Source: an uncultured Bacteroidales bacterium (lineage in GTDB: Bacteria; Bacteroidota; Bacteroidia; Bacteroidales; UBA932). Taken from it: a stretch of DNA of 32,000 bases. A model generated the notes under the pieces. The model searched no databases, had not been told where the DNA came from, and saw only the letters and a list, made by a program, of their open reading frames with translations. A program made the position numbers and the translations under genes. The stretch is taken from NCBI GenBank assembly GCA_944323445.1, contig CALUSM010000024.1, positions 1 through 32,000 on the forward strand, written 5' to 3'. Positions 15,600-26,200 of this stretch are shown here, in pieces; position 1 is the stretch's first letter; every line of letters begins with the position of its first letter.

Positions 15600-16214
15600 A
15601 TGCACATAGCGGTAGCAGGAAACATAGGCAGCGGCAAGACCACCCTGACGGGTCTGCTGGCCAAGCATTACGGATGGGAGCCGCACTTTGAGTCGGTGGA
15701 TTTCAACCCCTATCTCGTGGATTTCTACAACGACATGCGGCGATGGTCGTTCAACCTCCAGGTGTACTTCCTCAACAAGAGGCTCAAGGACATCGTCGAG
15801 TTCCAGAACTCAGGGAAGAACGTAATCCAGGACCGCACCATCTACGAGGACGCGATGATATTCGCGCCGAACCTGCACGACATGGGGCTGATGGACTCCC
15901 GCGACTTCGACAACTACACCTCCCTCTTCGAGCTGATGCAGAAGATGGTGGGCTATCCCGACCTGCTGGTCTACCTGCGCTCGTCGATTCCGAACCTCGT
16001 GGAGCAGATCCAGAAGCGCGGCCGCGAGTACGAGAACAGCATCCGCATCGACTACCTCAAGGGCCTCAACGACCGCTACGAGCAGTGGATCTCGGAATAC
16101 AAGGGCGAGCTGCTGATAGTGGACGTGGACACCTGCCGGTTCGAGGACCGCAAGGAGGACTTCAGTCAGGTCTGCGACCAGATAGACGCAAGGCTCTTCG
16201 GACTTTTCCAGTAA
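15600..16214 (+). CDS. Deoxynucleoside kinase (dAK/dGK family)
   Basis: Starts MHIAVAGNIGSGKTTLTGLLAKHYGW (P-loop), then FNPYL..FY.DMRRWSFNLQVYFLNKRL and the DR(T)IYED motif. The track ORF from 15270 is an upstream extension antisense to cas6. Confidence 0.85.
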   Translation: MHIAVAGNIGSGKTTLTGLLAKHYGWEPHFESVDFNPYLVDFYNDMRRWSFNLQVYFLNKRLKDIVEFQNSGKNVIQDRTIYEDAMIFAPNLHDMGLMDSRDFDNYTSLFELMQKMVGYPDLLVYLRSSIPNLVEQIQKRGREYENSIRIDYLKGLNDRYEQWISEYKGELLIVDVDTCRFEDRKEDFSQVCDQIDARLFGLFQ

Positions 16215-16239
16215 AACAGCAAATCAGCTGTAAAATTAG

Positions 16240-16273
16240 AGAGGCCGTCCCCGATCTGCCGGAGACAGCCTCT
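16240..16273. terminator. Imperfect hairpin between the convergent kinase and iorB genes
   Basis: AGAGGCCGTCCCCG...GCCGGAGACAGCCTCT. The arms pair 6+3+3 bp with two mismatches, followed by TTCTGT. A weak call. Confidence 0.4.
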
Positions 16274-16303
16274 TTCTGTAAGGTGTGAGCGGGTTATTAA
16301 TGG

Positions 16304-16891
16304 TTATCTGTTAGCGTTGACACTGTGGCGGTAACCGGCCTCGAGGGCGGCTATGTTCTTGTCCACGATATCCTGTCCCTTGCGGGAGAACACCTTGGCC
16401 ACGGCGTCGCGGACGGCCTCATAGCTGAGGTCCATCATGGGGATGGCGGCTCCCAGAAGCACCATGTTGGCGGCCTGGGCAGGAGCCCCGGCTTCCTTGG
16501 CGAGAGCCTCTACGTCAAGCATCACGGTATGGGGCAACTTCCGCAGATGGGCATAGATCTCTTCCTTGTCGGGATAGTTCGGAATGTTGACGAATGGCAC
16601 CGACGAGGTGACGATCCAGCCGTCCTTGGACAGCTCCTCGACGTAGCGCAGGGCCTCCATCGGTTCGAGGGACATGATGATGTCTACCTTGCCGTAAGGA
16701 ATCAAGTCGCTGTGTATCGGTTCGGAAGATATGCGCAGGTTGCTCTGCACGTCACCTCCGCGCTGGCTCATTCCGTGGACCTCGGCCTGCTTGATATGAA
16801 GGCCGTTGGTAAGAGCGGCCTCTCCGAGGACTGTTGCGATGGAGAGGATACCCTGTCCTCCCACACCGGCTAATATTATGTCTTTTTTCAT
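16304..16891 (-). CDS. iorB: Indolepyruvate:ferredoxin oxidoreductase beta subunit (2-oxoacid:Fd oxidoreductase gamma-type)
   Basis: 195 aa. MKKDIILAGVGGQGILSIATVLGEAAL...HGMSQRGG is the typical IorB signature. It lies downstream of iorA. Confidence 0.85.
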   Translation of the reverse strand: MKKDIILAGVGGQGILSIATVLGEAALTNGLHIKQAEVHGMSQRGGDVQSNLRISSEPIHSDLIPYGKVDIIMSLEPMEALRYVEELSKDGWIVTSSVPFVNIPNYPDKEEIYAHLRKLPHTVMLDVEALAKEAGAPAQAANMVLLGAAIPMMDLSYEAVRDAVAKVFSRKGQDIVDKNIAALEAGYRHSVNANR

Positions 16892-16921
16892 ATCGGATTC
16901 TTTGTTTTTACGGATTGGACA

Positions 16922-18547
16922 TTACTGCTGTTTTTTCTCCCTGGCGTGACGCTTGAAGGTCTGGATGCACTCGCGGCGGGGGATAACCACCGACACTCCT
17001 TTATATTCCACCTCCTCGCGGATAACGTTCTTTATCTCCTCCATGTTCTTGGCCAGAGGCACCACCACGCGGATGTGGGCCGGATCGACTCCGACTCCGG
17101 CACAGATGCTCTCTATCCTGCCCGTACCTGCCGAGTCCTGCCCTCCGGTCATGCCGGTGGTGAGGTTGTCTGAGATGATGATGACCACATTGGCCTCCGA
17201 GTTGACGCAGTCGAGCAGACCGGTGATACCGGAGTGGGTAAATGTGGAGTCACCTATGACGGCGAACGAGGGGAACTGCCCGGCGTCGGCGGCACCCTTG
17301 GCCATGGTGATCGAGGCGCCCATGTCGACCGTGGTGTGGATAGCCCTGAACGGAGGCAGGGCACCGAGGGTATAACAGCCTATATCGCTGAACACCCGTG
17401 AGTTCTCATACTCGGCAGCCACCTCGTTGAGAGCGGCGTACATGTCCCTGTGACCGCAGCCCTGACAGAGGGCGGGCGGACGGGGCACGACGATATCGTC
17501 CTTGGGGAATGTCTTGTGGGGATTGAGATGCAGGGCTGCACGGACGCTGTCGGGGCTAAGCTCGCCGGTACGGGGAAGCAGGCCTGTAAGACGTCCCTCC
17601 ACCTGTATCTCGGAGCCGATCATACCGCGGATCTTGTCCTCCACGAAGGGCTGCCCCTCCTCCATCACGATGACGCGGTGCACGCCCGAGGCCACCATCT
17701 CGCCCACCAGCTTGCGGGGAATGGGGTAGCGGGTGAGTTTCAGGACACCGCAGGGCACTCCTTTGGGGAAATTCTCCATCAGGTAGTTGTATGCAATACC
17801 GCAGGCAACGATGGCCAGTCCCCTGTCCTCTCCTGGCGTGAAGCTGTTGTGAGGGTCCTCCGCGGAATCCAGGCCGAACTGCTTCTTGTCCTTGATGAGC
17901 TGTTCGTTGCGGACGCGGGAGTTGGCGGGAAGGAGGATCCACTGCTTGGGATTGTCGGGAAAATGAATCCGGTTCTGGGGGCGGATGTCCTCACTGCCGT
18001 CCTTCTGGGTCCAGGTGGACACCTCCGCCCTGGAATGGGCCATACGGGTGGTGATGCGCATCAGCACGGGAATCTTCATCTTCTCGGAGTAGTCAAATGC
18101 CTCCCGCACCATGTCGTAGGCTTCCTGCTGGCAGGACGGCTCATAGTAGGGAATCATAGCGAAACGGCCGTAGAAGCGGGAATCCTGTTCATTCTGAGAG
18201 GAATGCATAGAGGGGTCGTCGGCGGCCACCACCACCAGGCCTCCGTTGGCTCCGGTCATGGCGGAGTTGACGAAAGCGTCGGCGGCCACGTTCATGCCGA
18301 CGTGTTTCATGCAGACCATGGCGCGCTTGCCCATATAGGACATGCCGAGAGCCGCCTCCATGGCGGTCTTCTCGTTGGTGCACCACTTGCAGAAGATACG
18401 CTCAGAGGCCGGATCGGCCTTCTGGCTGTTCTGGATGTACTCGGTAATCTCCGTAGAAGGAGTGCCGGGATAAGCGTATACTCCGGATATGCCCGAATGT
18501 ATCGCCGCCAGTGCTATGGCTTCATCGCCTAATAACAGTAATTTCAT
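16922..18547 (-). CDS. iorA: Indolepyruvate:ferredoxin oxidoreductase alpha subunit (TPP-binding)
   Basis: 541 aa. LLLGDEAIALAAIHSGISGVYAYPGTPSTEI at the N-terminus; TPP region GDSTFTHSGITGLLD...ISDNLTTGMTGGQ. Confidence 0.85.
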   Translation of the reverse strand: MKLLLLGDEAIALAAIHSGISGVYAYPGTPSTEITEYIQNSQKADPASERIFCKWCTNEKTAMEAALGMSYMGKRAMVCMKHVGMNVAADAFVNSAMTGANGGLVVVAADDPSMHSSQNEQDSRFYGRFAMIPYYEPSCQQEAYDMVREAFDYSEKMKIPVLMRITTRMAHSRAEVSTWTQKDGSEDIRPQNRIHFPDNPKQWILLPANSRVRNEQLIKDKKQFGLDSAEDPHNSFTPGEDRGLAIVACGIAYNYLMENFPKGVPCGVLKLTRYPIPRKLVGEMVASGVHRVIVMEEGQPFVEDKIRGMIGSEIQVEGRLTGLLPRTGELSPDSVRAALHLNPHKTFPKDDIVVPRPPALCQGCGHRDMYAALNEVAAEYENSRVFSDIGCYTLGALPPFRAIHTTVDMGASITMAKGAADAGQFPSFAVIGDSTFTHSGITGLLDCVNSEANVVIIISDNLTTGMTGGQDSAGTGRIESICAGVGVDPAHIRVVVPLAKNMEEIKNVIREEVEYKGVSVVIPRRECIQTFKRHAREKKQQ

Positions 18548-18597
18548 AAAATTGTACTTAGTTCTATCAATTTAAAAGGAAAGTCAGTGTCTAGCTT

Positions 18598-18605
18598 CAA
18601 AATTA
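18598..18605 (-). promoter_or_regulatory. -7 promoter box (TAATTTTG on the - strand) for iorAB
   Basis: Exact TAnnTTTG match on the - strand, about 51 nt upstream of ATG 18547. Confidence 0.35.
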
Positions 18606-18668
18606 TAACTAATAATCGTAAAAGGCAAAATTTTTTCGCTCAAATTACATAAAGTCATTGAAAATATG

Positions 18669-18676
18669 TATGTTTG
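18669..18676 (+). promoter_or_regulatory. -7 promoter box (TATGTTTG) for panCD
   Basis: Exact TAnnTTTG match 21 nt upstream of ATG 18697. Confidence 0.4.
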
Positions 18677-18696
18677 CCCCCGATTTCTATACAGTC

Positions 18697-19542
18697 ATGA
18701 AAGTAGCTAAATCATTGGCGGACTTCGAGTCCGCCCGCAAGTCTCTAGGAGACAAAACCGTAGGATTCGTACCTACGATGGGCGCCCTCCACGAGGGCCA
18801 CGCATCACTCATCCGCAGGGCCGTCGCTGAGTGCGGCGCCGTAGTGGTGTCCGACTTCGTCAACCCGACCCAGTTCAACAATAAGACCGACTTCGATACC
18901 TATCCCCGCATCCTCGACCAGGACTGCGCCTTCGTCGAGGCACTCGGAGCGGCCGTCCTCTTCGCACCCCGGGTAGAGGACATCTATCCCGACGGCACGG
19001 ATTACGATCAGAGAATCTTCGACCTCGGAGGCCTGGACCAGTACGGCGAGGGTCCCCGCCGTCCCGGACATTTCAACGGCATGGCCCAGGTGGTCACCCG
19101 CCTCTTCGACATCGTCCGCCCCGAAAGGGCCTACTTCGGAGAGAAGGACTTCCAGCAGCTGGCCATCATCGAGTATTTCGTCAGAAACCTCCACTACCCC
19201 ATAGAGATAGTCCGCTGCCCCATCGCAAGGGCCGAGGACGGACTGGCACTGAGCTCACGCAACAAGCTTCTTACTCCCGCACAGAGAGCAGCTGCCCCGC
19301 ATATCTACGCCAGCATCCGGCAGACCATCGGCATGGTAGGGGAAATACCTGTGGCCGAGGCGATAAAGAGGACAACCGGGTTCATCAATGCCGAGCCACA
19401 GCTCAGGACAGAGTATGTGGAAATAATAAATTCACTAAATTTGCGGCCCGTCTCCGACTGGGACGAGGCGGAGCACCTGCGGCTGACCTGCGCTGTCTAT
19501 GCCGGAGAGGTCCGTCTGATAGACAACATAGAACTGAAGTAG
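18697..19542 (+). CDS. panC: Pantoate--beta-alanine ligase
   Basis: [10 protein letters not shown]...[21 protein letters not shown] (HxGH motif), GEKDFQQL, and SSRN near the C-terminus. The start is taken at ATG 18697 rather than the track's 18658, which overlaps the promoter. Confidence 0.9.
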   Translation: MKVAKSLADFESARKSLGDKTVGFVPTMGALHEGHASLIRRAVAECGAVVVSDFVNPTQFNNKTDFDTYPRILDQDCAFVEALGAAVLFAPRVEDIYPDGTDYDQRIFDLGGLDQYGEGPRRPGHFNGMAQVVTRLFDIVRPERAYFGEKDFQQLAIIEYFVRNLHYPIEIVRCPIARAEDGLALSSRNKLLTPAQRAAAPHIYASIRQTIGMVGEIPVAEAIKRTTGFINAEPQLRTEYVEIINSLNLRPVSDWDEAEHLRLTCAVYAGEVRLIDNIELK

Positions 19543-19543
19543 A

Positions 19544-19897
19544 ATGTACATAGAAGTCATCAAGTCCAAGATCCACAGAGTCACCGTAACCCGCGCCAAT
19601 CTCGACTACATCGGCAGCATCACGGTGGACCGCTCCCTGATGGAGGCCGCCGGTCTCTTCGAGGGCGAGAAAGTCTCCGTGGTCAATGTCACCAACGGCA
19701 ACCGGGTGGAGACCTACGTCATCCCCGGAGAAGAGGGCAGCGGCAGCATCGAGCTCAACGGCGCCGCGGCCCATCTGTTCGCTGCCGGAGACATCGTCAT
19801 CATCATGTCCTACGCCATAGTGACTCCAGAAGAGGCCGGGGCCTTCCGTCCCAAAGTGGTTTTTCCGGACACGCGCACTAACAAACTCGTCCTGTAA
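19544..19897 (+). CDS. panD: Aspartate 1-decarboxylase (pyruvoyl-dependent)
   Basis: 117 aa. [29 protein letters not shown] carries the self-processing Gly-Ser site. Confidence 0.92.
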   Translation: MYIEVIKSKIHRVTVTRANLDYIGSITVDRSLMEAAGLFEGEKVSVVNVTNGNRVETYVIPGEEGSGSIELNGAAAHLFAAGDIVIIMSYAIVTPEEAGAFRPKVVFPDTRTNKLVL

Positions 19898-20911
19898 ATG
19901 CCGGCACGGAAGCAGATAAAGAAGGTTATACAGTGGTCACTGATGATGATGCTGGCCTTCGTACTGCTGTATTTCGCGTTCCGTGGAGTAAAATGGGCGG
20001 ACTTCATGGAAGGAGTCCGCAGCTGCGATTTCCGCTGGATTGCTGTCTCTATGACCGCCAGCATCCTGGCATTCGTCATCAGAGGACTGCGGTGGCGTCT
20101 GGTAATGCTGCCCCTCAACCCTTCCATCACCCGCCGCGAGGCATACGACGGAGTGACGGTCGCCTACCTGACCAATTTTGCCCTGCCCAGGGCCGGAGAA
20201 CTGGCCCGCTGCGGAGTTATCTCCGCCAGCGGCAAGGCATCCTTCGAGTCGGTGCTGGGAACGGTGGTGCTGGAGCGGAGCTGGGATATGGTGACCTACC
20301 TGATTATCCTATTCATTGTCCTGCTGGCAGGCGAGAGTTCCTTCAGCCAGTTTGTCTCCGATGAGGTATGGGGGCCGGCAGTGGACTCCATGCCCTTCGA
20401 CATCCTGTGGATCATCGGCGGAGCTGCCGCCGTATGCGTAGCCGCCTGCATCCTGATGTTCTGCCACAGGAAACGTCTGAGCCGATATAAACTGTTCGCC
20501 AAGCTATTTTCCCTGGCCAAAGGGCTGATCGGAGGCCTGACGGCCGGACTCCGGATGAAGGGCAAATGGAGATTTCTCCTCTACACCCTACTGCTGTGGC
20601 TCTGCTACTGGATCATGAGCTACTCGACCATCCTGGCCATTCCCCAGGTGGCGGGCCTCAACTGGGCTGACGCCCTCTTCCTGATGGTTGTCGGCAGCCT
20701 CGGCTGGATAGTGCCGGTACAGGGCGGAATAGGCGCATACCATTTTATATTGTCCCTGGCCATGGCCTCGATTTACTCCATTCCCCAGACCTCGGGCGTG
20801 ATTTTTGCTACCATCTCCCATGAGAGCCAGGCCCTGACGATGCTCCTGTGCGGAGCCCTGTCCCTCGGCTCGATTTATCTCAAGAAACGTAAAACCGAAA
20901 AACAGTCCTGA
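19898..20911 (+). CDS. UPF0104 / lysylphosphatidylglycerol-synthase-TM-region family membrane protein (flippase-like)
   Basis: 337 aa with multiple hydrophobic helices. The N-terminal pattern (...FAFRGVKWADFMEGVRSCDFRWIAVSM...RGLRWRLVMLPL) is typical of this family. By recall. Confidence 0.65.
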   Translation: MPARKQIKKVIQWSLMMMLAFVLLYFAFRGVKWADFMEGVRSCDFRWIAVSMTASILAFVIRGLRWRLVMLPLNPSITRREAYDGVTVAYLTNFALPRAGELARCGVISASGKASFESVLGTVVLERSWDMVTYLIILFIVLLAGESSFSQFVSDEVWGPAVDSMPFDILWIIGGAAAVCVAACILMFCHRKRLSRYKLFAKLFSLAKGLIGGLTAGLRMKGKWRFLLYTLLLWLCYWIMSYSTILAIPQVAGLNWADALFLMVVGSLGWIVPVQGGIGAYHFILSLAMASIYSIPQTSGVIFATISHESQALTMLLCGALSLGSIYLKKRKTEKQS

Positions 20912-20913
20912 TA

Positions 20914-21552
20914 ATGAAACATATTCTTACAGCCGCAGCTGCTCTTTTGCTGACAGTTACAGCGTCATACGCCCAGAAGAACCGGGTGAGGGACGTGGAT
21001 TATTTTCCCCGCAGCGAGATATATCTCCAGTACGGTACGCCTTCCCTTATGGAACTCACCACCATACTGTCGCCCAATTTCCACGACGAGGTGACCAGCG
21101 GAGAGACCCGCAACCACAAATTCTCCGGCATCGCGGCCATAGGCTACAACTTCTTCGTCCATCCGAGAGTGTCCATAGGCCTGGATTTCGGCTACGGTTA
21201 CGGAAGTTCCGACATGTACATCTCCGATGTGGATGAGTTCGGCCCTGCAGGAGACCCGCAGTACATGTGCAAGGCCGTCGTCATGAACTACTCCTGCCAC
21301 CTGTCCGGGGCATTCACCTACTGGCAGCAGGGTCCCATGGAGTGCTCCGGCGCCCTCTATCTGGGTGTCAACTACATGGACGAATCGGTAAGGGATGCCG
21401 TCAGCGATGAGCTGGAGCCCAACGACCATCTGAATTTCTCGTTCCACATCACCGCCGTCAAGTTCCGCTACGGGGACATGGTCGGAGGCTTCGCCGAGCT
21501 CGGCTTCGGCTACCGCGGGCTGCTCAACGTAGGCCTCTCCATCAAGATCTGA
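20914..21552 (+). CDS. Outer-membrane beta-barrel (porin-family) protein
   Basis: 212 aa. Signal peptide MKHILTAAAALLLTVTASYAQ. Alternating aromatic/glycine beta-strand-like segments (GIAAIGYNFF, IGLDFGYGYG, FAELGFGYRG). Confidence 0.5.
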   Translation: MKHILTAAAALLLTVTASYAQKNRVRDVDYFPRSEIYLQYGTPSLMELTTILSPNFHDEVTSGETRNHKFSGIAAIGYNFFVHPRVSIGLDFGYGYGSSDMYISDVDEFGPAGDPQYMCKAVVMNYSCHLSGAFTYWQQGPMECSGALYLGVNYMDESVRDAVSDELEPNDHLNFSFHITAVKFRYGDMVGGFAELGFGYRGLLNVGLSIKI

Positions 21553-21562
21553 CCTCCTGCCC

Positions 21563-21889
21563 CTACTCCGGCACGTAGATAATCTCCCCGTTCTCCAGCT
21601 CGTAGGCTATGCCCACGCGCTTCCCCCTCTGACCGGACTTGGACTGGTCCTCGGAAGGGGTGTAGCGGTCGATGTTCTGTCCCTGCTTGACGATGATCTC
21701 CATGTCCTCCTTGCCGGGGTTCTTGACCATCGTAAAGTCCTCGGGCGAAAGCATCTCGGTCATGTTGTAGCGGGTCACGAGGGCGACCATAAGGGCCACG
21801 GCGAAGACCATGGCCACGTCGAAGAGATTGCCCACCACGCTCATCGGGTCGTTCTCCTCGTCCCCTCCCAGCAGTCTTCTCCTCTTCAT
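21563..21889 (-). CDS. hmuV: DUF2149-family small membrane protein (HmuV-like)
   Basis: The probable start is ATG 21889-21887, forming ATGA with the hmuU stop. NDPMSVVGNLFDVAMVFAVALMVALV is DUF2149-like. It is the last gene of the hmu-type operon. Confidence 0.6.
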   Translation of the reverse strand: MKRRRLLGGDEENDPMSVVGNLFDVAMVFAVALMVALVTRYNMTEMLSPEDFTMVKNPGKEDMEIIVKQGQNIDRYTPSEDQSKSGQRGKRVGIAYELENGEIIYVPE

Positions 21890-22521
21890 CGCACTTCCTC
21901 CCCTGTCCTGGTTTCCACTTCCTGCGCACCGGCGCATCCGTTCAGCACCTCCGACACGAACTCCAGCCGGTTCAGGTCGCGGGTGTACCAGCGCTGCTTG
22001 ACCTGCTGGGTGATGAAGCCTATCGCGGCCGAGAATAGGCCCACGACGGTCGTAGCGAAGGCCACCTGCATGTTGTAGGCCATCGAGCCGATATCGCCGG
22101 TGGACAGGCCCACGAGAGCCGGGCCCATAGGAATCAGGGTACCCATCAGACCGAGCATAGGGCCCATCTTCGAGAGGGTCTTGGAGGTGCCTAAGTCCTT
22201 GTCAGCGGCTATCTCGTAGTCGGAGAGCAGCAGCTGGCGGTGCGCCCGGTCCTTCGTGGTGTCTAAAAGACCGGCCAAGCAGTTCAGCAGCGGGGACTTG
22301 GTATTGGCAGGCAGGGAAGCCCTCAACTCCCCGACGGTAGCCGGAGTCAGTGCCTCGACCTTGGTCATGAACAGGCGGTCCACCTTGCGTATCTGAAGGT
22401 ACTGTCCGAAGAAATTGCCGATCAGCAACAGCGACCGGAGGAAAAACAGGATCAGCAGGACCACTACCGGTACGAGCAGTCCGTTGGAAATCCAGAAGAG
22501 AACATCAGATATGTAGTTCAT
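21886..22521 (-). CDS. hmuU: MotA/TolQ/ExbB proton-channel family protein (HmuU-like)
   Basis: 211 aa. An N-terminal TM helix plus SKMGPMLGLMGTLIPMGPALVGL and AFATTVVGLFSAAIGF, as in ExbB/TolQ. Confidence 0.8.
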   Translation of the reverse strand: MNYISDVLFWISNGLLVPVVVLLILFFLRSLLLIGNFFGQYLQIRKVDRLFMTKVEALTPATVGELRASLPANTKSPLLNCLAGLLDTTKDRAHRQLLLSDYEIAADKDLGTSKTLSKMGPMLGLMGTLIPMGPALVGLSTGDIGSMAYNMQVAFATTVVGLFSAAIGFITQQVKQRWYTRDLNRLEFVSEVLNGCAGAQEVETRTGEEVR

Positions 22522-22537
22522 ACGTTTTTATATTTTA

Positions 22538-23251
22538 TTACTTTTTTAAATTATTGTTCGTTTTTAAAAATTTCCGGAAAGGCCGGGCCGTCCTCACGAA
22601 GGAGCCGGCCAGCACTCCGGCGGCAATAAGTCCCAGAACCCCGGCAAGAGCCCTCCAGTCCACCTCGCTCACCCCGGCCACGGCCGTCTGTCCGTTGACG
22701 GTGGCTATCACCGCCACTATCCCGGTCAGGGCATTGGTCAGGAAGAACATCTCCAGGCGGCTCTCCTTGTCGGGGAAAATCCAGCGCATCAGCCAGGCCC
22801 CTCCGGCTATCACCACGAAGACCACGGCGGCGGCACTCCAGGCAACTAAAGGGAAGGATACGCCCGGGAAGGCAAATATCAGATAGACTAAGAAGCTGAA
22901 CAGCACTCCGAATATCAGCACCCCCGGGAACCAGCGCAGGATGCGGTAGCCCCAGACGGTGGAAGCCTTCAGTTTCCCGGAGCTGAGCAGATGCACCGAC
23001 AGCAGGCAGAAGGAGATCTGGAGGATGACCTCGAGGGTGATGACCACCGAGGTGTCGAGCATCAGGTCCGGGTTGGCCAGCCAGGCCTCGATCTGGGAGC
23101 GGGACTGACGCACTGCCACCGGCCACATCAAACCGGTGAAAAGGGCGGCCGCGGCGGCATGGGCCAGGACCGACCACCACTTGTGCCAGGACTGCTTCAG
23201 CACGAAGTTGAAGCAGACCAGCACCATGAGCATAACGACTAGACTGTACAT
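22538..23251 (-). CDS. hmuT: Polytopic membrane protein (HmuT-like)
   Basis: 237 aa, about 6 hydrophobic helices, located between the CobN-like and ExbB-like genes as in hmuYRSTUV. Confidence 0.55.
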   Translation of the reverse strand: MYSLVVMLMVLVCFNFVLKQSWHKWWSVLAHAAAAALFTGLMWPVAVRQSRSQIEAWLANPDLMLDTSVVITLEVILQISFCLLSVHLLSSGKLKASTVWGYRILRWFPGVLIFGVLFSFLVYLIFAFPGVSFPLVAWSAAAVVFVVIAGGAWLMRWIFPDKESRLEMFFLTNALTGIVAVIATVNGQTAVAGVSEVDWRALAGVLGLIAAGVLAGSFVRTARPFRKFLKTNNNLKK

Positions 23252-23269
23252 AGGCAGAGTCCGGATGAT

Positions 23270-26200
23270 TTAAATGCCGCTGGACTTCCTGCGGCGGCGT
23301 ATCAGCAGTCCGCCTCCGATGAACAGGGCGATGATCAGCACCGCCACGGCTATGTTGCTTACCAGCGTGGTTTCCTTCTCCGTCTCACTCTGCAGCCTGT
23401 CCTTGCGGAGCACCATGCCGTCCGAAGCGTCGCTTACCGAAGCCTCCCGGATCTGCCGGATAGCCCCGCGGTACTCTGAGGCGGAGGCCTCGGGCAGGGC
23501 GGAGGCGATGTAGTCCTGCAGGGCCGGATTGTCACAGACAAAGCCGGAGCAAGATGGAGCGAACTCCTCTATCAGACCGGTGTGCAGCTCCGCGATATCG
23601 GCCACCTGCTCCGGCGTTGCGTCCCAGAGCCCCTTGCGGACCGACTCGAGCATGACGGCCGTCACCTCCTCGAGGGCCGCCGGATTGACCTCCCTGAAAT
23701 GCTCATGTACTCCGAGGTCAAATTTATCCTGCACGTACACCTCGTATATCTCGTCCCAGACCCGGTCATCGACGGCCTCCGGCTTCATCACGTTCCAGCC
23801 GAAGGTGTTGGTGACAGTTTCCGCTATGGCTGCCGCATCTCCCGCTCCGCCATTGAGCTTCTCGGCGATGTAAGAGGGGTTGAATATCGTCGTGCGGCTC
23901 TCCACCCCTATCGCCTCCTTGAGCTCCTGCATCCTCACGCGGTTGCGGTTGCGGTAGTCGCTCAGATAGGCATCGGGGTCCTTGCCGGTCACCTCCTTCA
24001 CGGAAAGGTTGAGCCCGCCCATGAACTCGTACACATGGTCGAGGCTGAGGGCGCCCCAGGTATTGCTCTGACGGGGCTGCACCACGGCGTCAGTGCGGGA
24101 GAGGGCCGCCTCAAAGGCATACCGGGAGAACTCCTCCCAGCCCTCCTCGCTTCCGTAGTAGGCTCCCATATTGTTCATGTAAACCCGGGCTATCTCCGAG
24201 CTGGAGGTCCAGCGGTCGGAGGCGGTCACCATGCCCTGAATGCCGGTGCCGTAGTTGCCGTTCACCCCGCCGAAGACCCTGTAGGAGGACATCCTGCGGG
24301 CATCGGCCGGAGTCACGCCCTTCTCGGTGAGTATCCGTTCGGTCTCGCGGATACCTTCGGCCACATTGTTGACGTACTCCCCGTCCTGAGCCTCCGCAGC
24401 CATGCGCACAGCCCTGTCTATCAGGAAAAGGCGCGAAGCCGCAATATCCCGGAGCTGGCCGCTGGTCTGCACCACCACGTCTATCCTCGGACGGCCAAGC
24501 TTCTCCGACGGTATCAGACGGATATCGGTCACGCGGCCGAAGCTGTCGTAGACCGGCTCGACCCCCAGCATGTAGAATATCTGGGCTATTGTAGCTCCCT
24601 CCGTCTCGATGAACTCGCTGCTCCACAGGGTGTAGCTGACCTTGCGGGGCAGGGAGTCGCAGTGCCGCTGACGGTAGAGCCTCAGGGTATTCTCGGCCAA
24701 GGCTACTCCCTTCTCCCAGGCGCTGCGGGTTGGGGTGGCCTCGGCGTTCACGGCGAAGAGGTTGCGGCCGGTAGGCAGGGTATTGGGATTGGCCACGGGA
24801 TCGCCTCCCGGCGAGGGTGCGGTATAGCCGCCGTCCAAGGCGTTGAGCATACTGCCCAGCTCAGCGGAAGGGCTTTCCATCAGGGCCTTGTGGTAGTTGT
24901 ACACATTGAGCACGGCCTGTTCCATCTCACTCACCGCCCGGGCAAAGTCCTTCTCCGCCTGCGTCGGCTGCGCTTTCCGGCCGCCCATCATCCGGCGTCC
25001 GACCGCCGACATCATCTCACTCATTCCCCGGCCGGCAGCCGAATCCTTTTTCAGCTGCTGCATCCCGGCCATCTGAGCCATCATCGACATCATGTCGGGC
25101 GGGGCCTGGAGCGAAGCGGCCACCTCCCGGGCGCGGGCAAGCTCTTCCGGAGTGATACCGGCTATCGAGCAGAGCTGCCGGTCATCCGCCGGACGGCCCT
25201 GGGCCAACAGCCGGGCCACTATCTTCTTTGCCGGGGCCACATACCTGCGGTTGAATACCGACAGCTGTTTCTCCACCCCGTCCACGTCCTTGCCGCGGGC
25301 CCGGTCGATACCCAACAGGCCGTAGGCCACCGGCTCGGTGCTCATGGCATAGACCGTAGACTCGATCTGAGCCGGCAGGTAGGGCTCGCCCATCACGTAG
25401 AGCCGGCCCGTCACCTTCTCGGATGCCAGTTCCTCGGCAAAATTCCCGATGCGCAGGACCTCCTCCTCAGTGTAGGGCACACCCTTATCCAGAGTATCCA
25501 GCCCGAGGTCGGAGGCAATGCCCATCTCTATGGTCAGCTCCTTGATTCTGAGTGCAATGTCCTCGGCGCGGGCAGCATCCGGCCTCTCCCCGTAGAGAGC
25601 GTCCTCATAGCGCTGCAGTTCCTCCGAAAGGTCGCGGTACAGCCCCCTGACATTGCTCTCCATGAAAGGTGCGGTGAGGTAGGACTGGAGCGTAGCATAG
25701 GCGCGGCGCTTGGCCATCACCCCCTCCCCGACATTGGAAATGGTGTATAGGTAAAAATGCGGCACGGTGCCCACCAGGCGGTCCGGCCAGTCGTACCGGC
25801 TCAGGGCCACCTGCTTTTTCGGAGTGAACTCAAGGCTGCCGTGGGTTCCGAAGTGAATCATAGCATCGGCTTCGAAGCCGTAACGGGCGTAGAGGTAAGC
25901 AGCTATATAATTGTACGGAGGTGCGGCGTGCGTGCCGTGTACCATCTGGAAGTCATTCTGACCGCCGCCGGCCGCGGGCTGCGGCAGCAGCACCACATTG
26001 CCCAGCTCGATCCGGGCCAGGGCCAGACGGCCGTCCCTCGACATATAGGGCCCCGGGAATTCTCCGTTCAGGGCCTCCACCTCCTCGCGCAGCCTCTGCG
26101 GCAGAGCATCCTGAGCCCAGCGGGCAAATGTCGGGGCGTCCACCCACTCGGGAGCGCCCCCGTCCATGAAGCGGGAGGCTGCCCCCTCGGCGTAGGAGCC

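Noticed and set aside
15743-16288. 181-aa + strand ORF
   Set aside because: Off-frame within the deoxynucleoside kinase gene. Arg/Pro/Gly-rich with no motifs.
17450-18532. 360-aa + strand ORF
   Set aside because: Antisense shadow of iorA. G/H/L/A-rich with no motifs, whereas the iorA frame carries clear TPP-enzyme motifs.
18658-18696. Upstream extension of panC from a non-ATG start
   Set aside because: It overlaps the predicted -7 box. ATG 18697 gives a normal PanC N-terminus.
21890-21937. 16-codon extension of the DUF2149 gene overlapping hmuU
   Set aside because: The internal ATG at 21889 forms an ATGA coupling with the hmuU stop. The extension is Arg/Gly-rich and unlikely to be coding.
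22551-23180. 209-aa - strand ORF
   Set aside because: Off-frame overlap of the HmuT-like membrane gene. Arg/Gly/Pro-rich, whereas the chosen frame gives coherent TM helices.
23582-25750. 722-aa + strand ORF (and 25757-26683, 308 aa)
   Set aside because: Antisense shadows of the 1398-aa CobN-like gene, typical of GC-rich coding DNA. Biased R/H/G/L composition.
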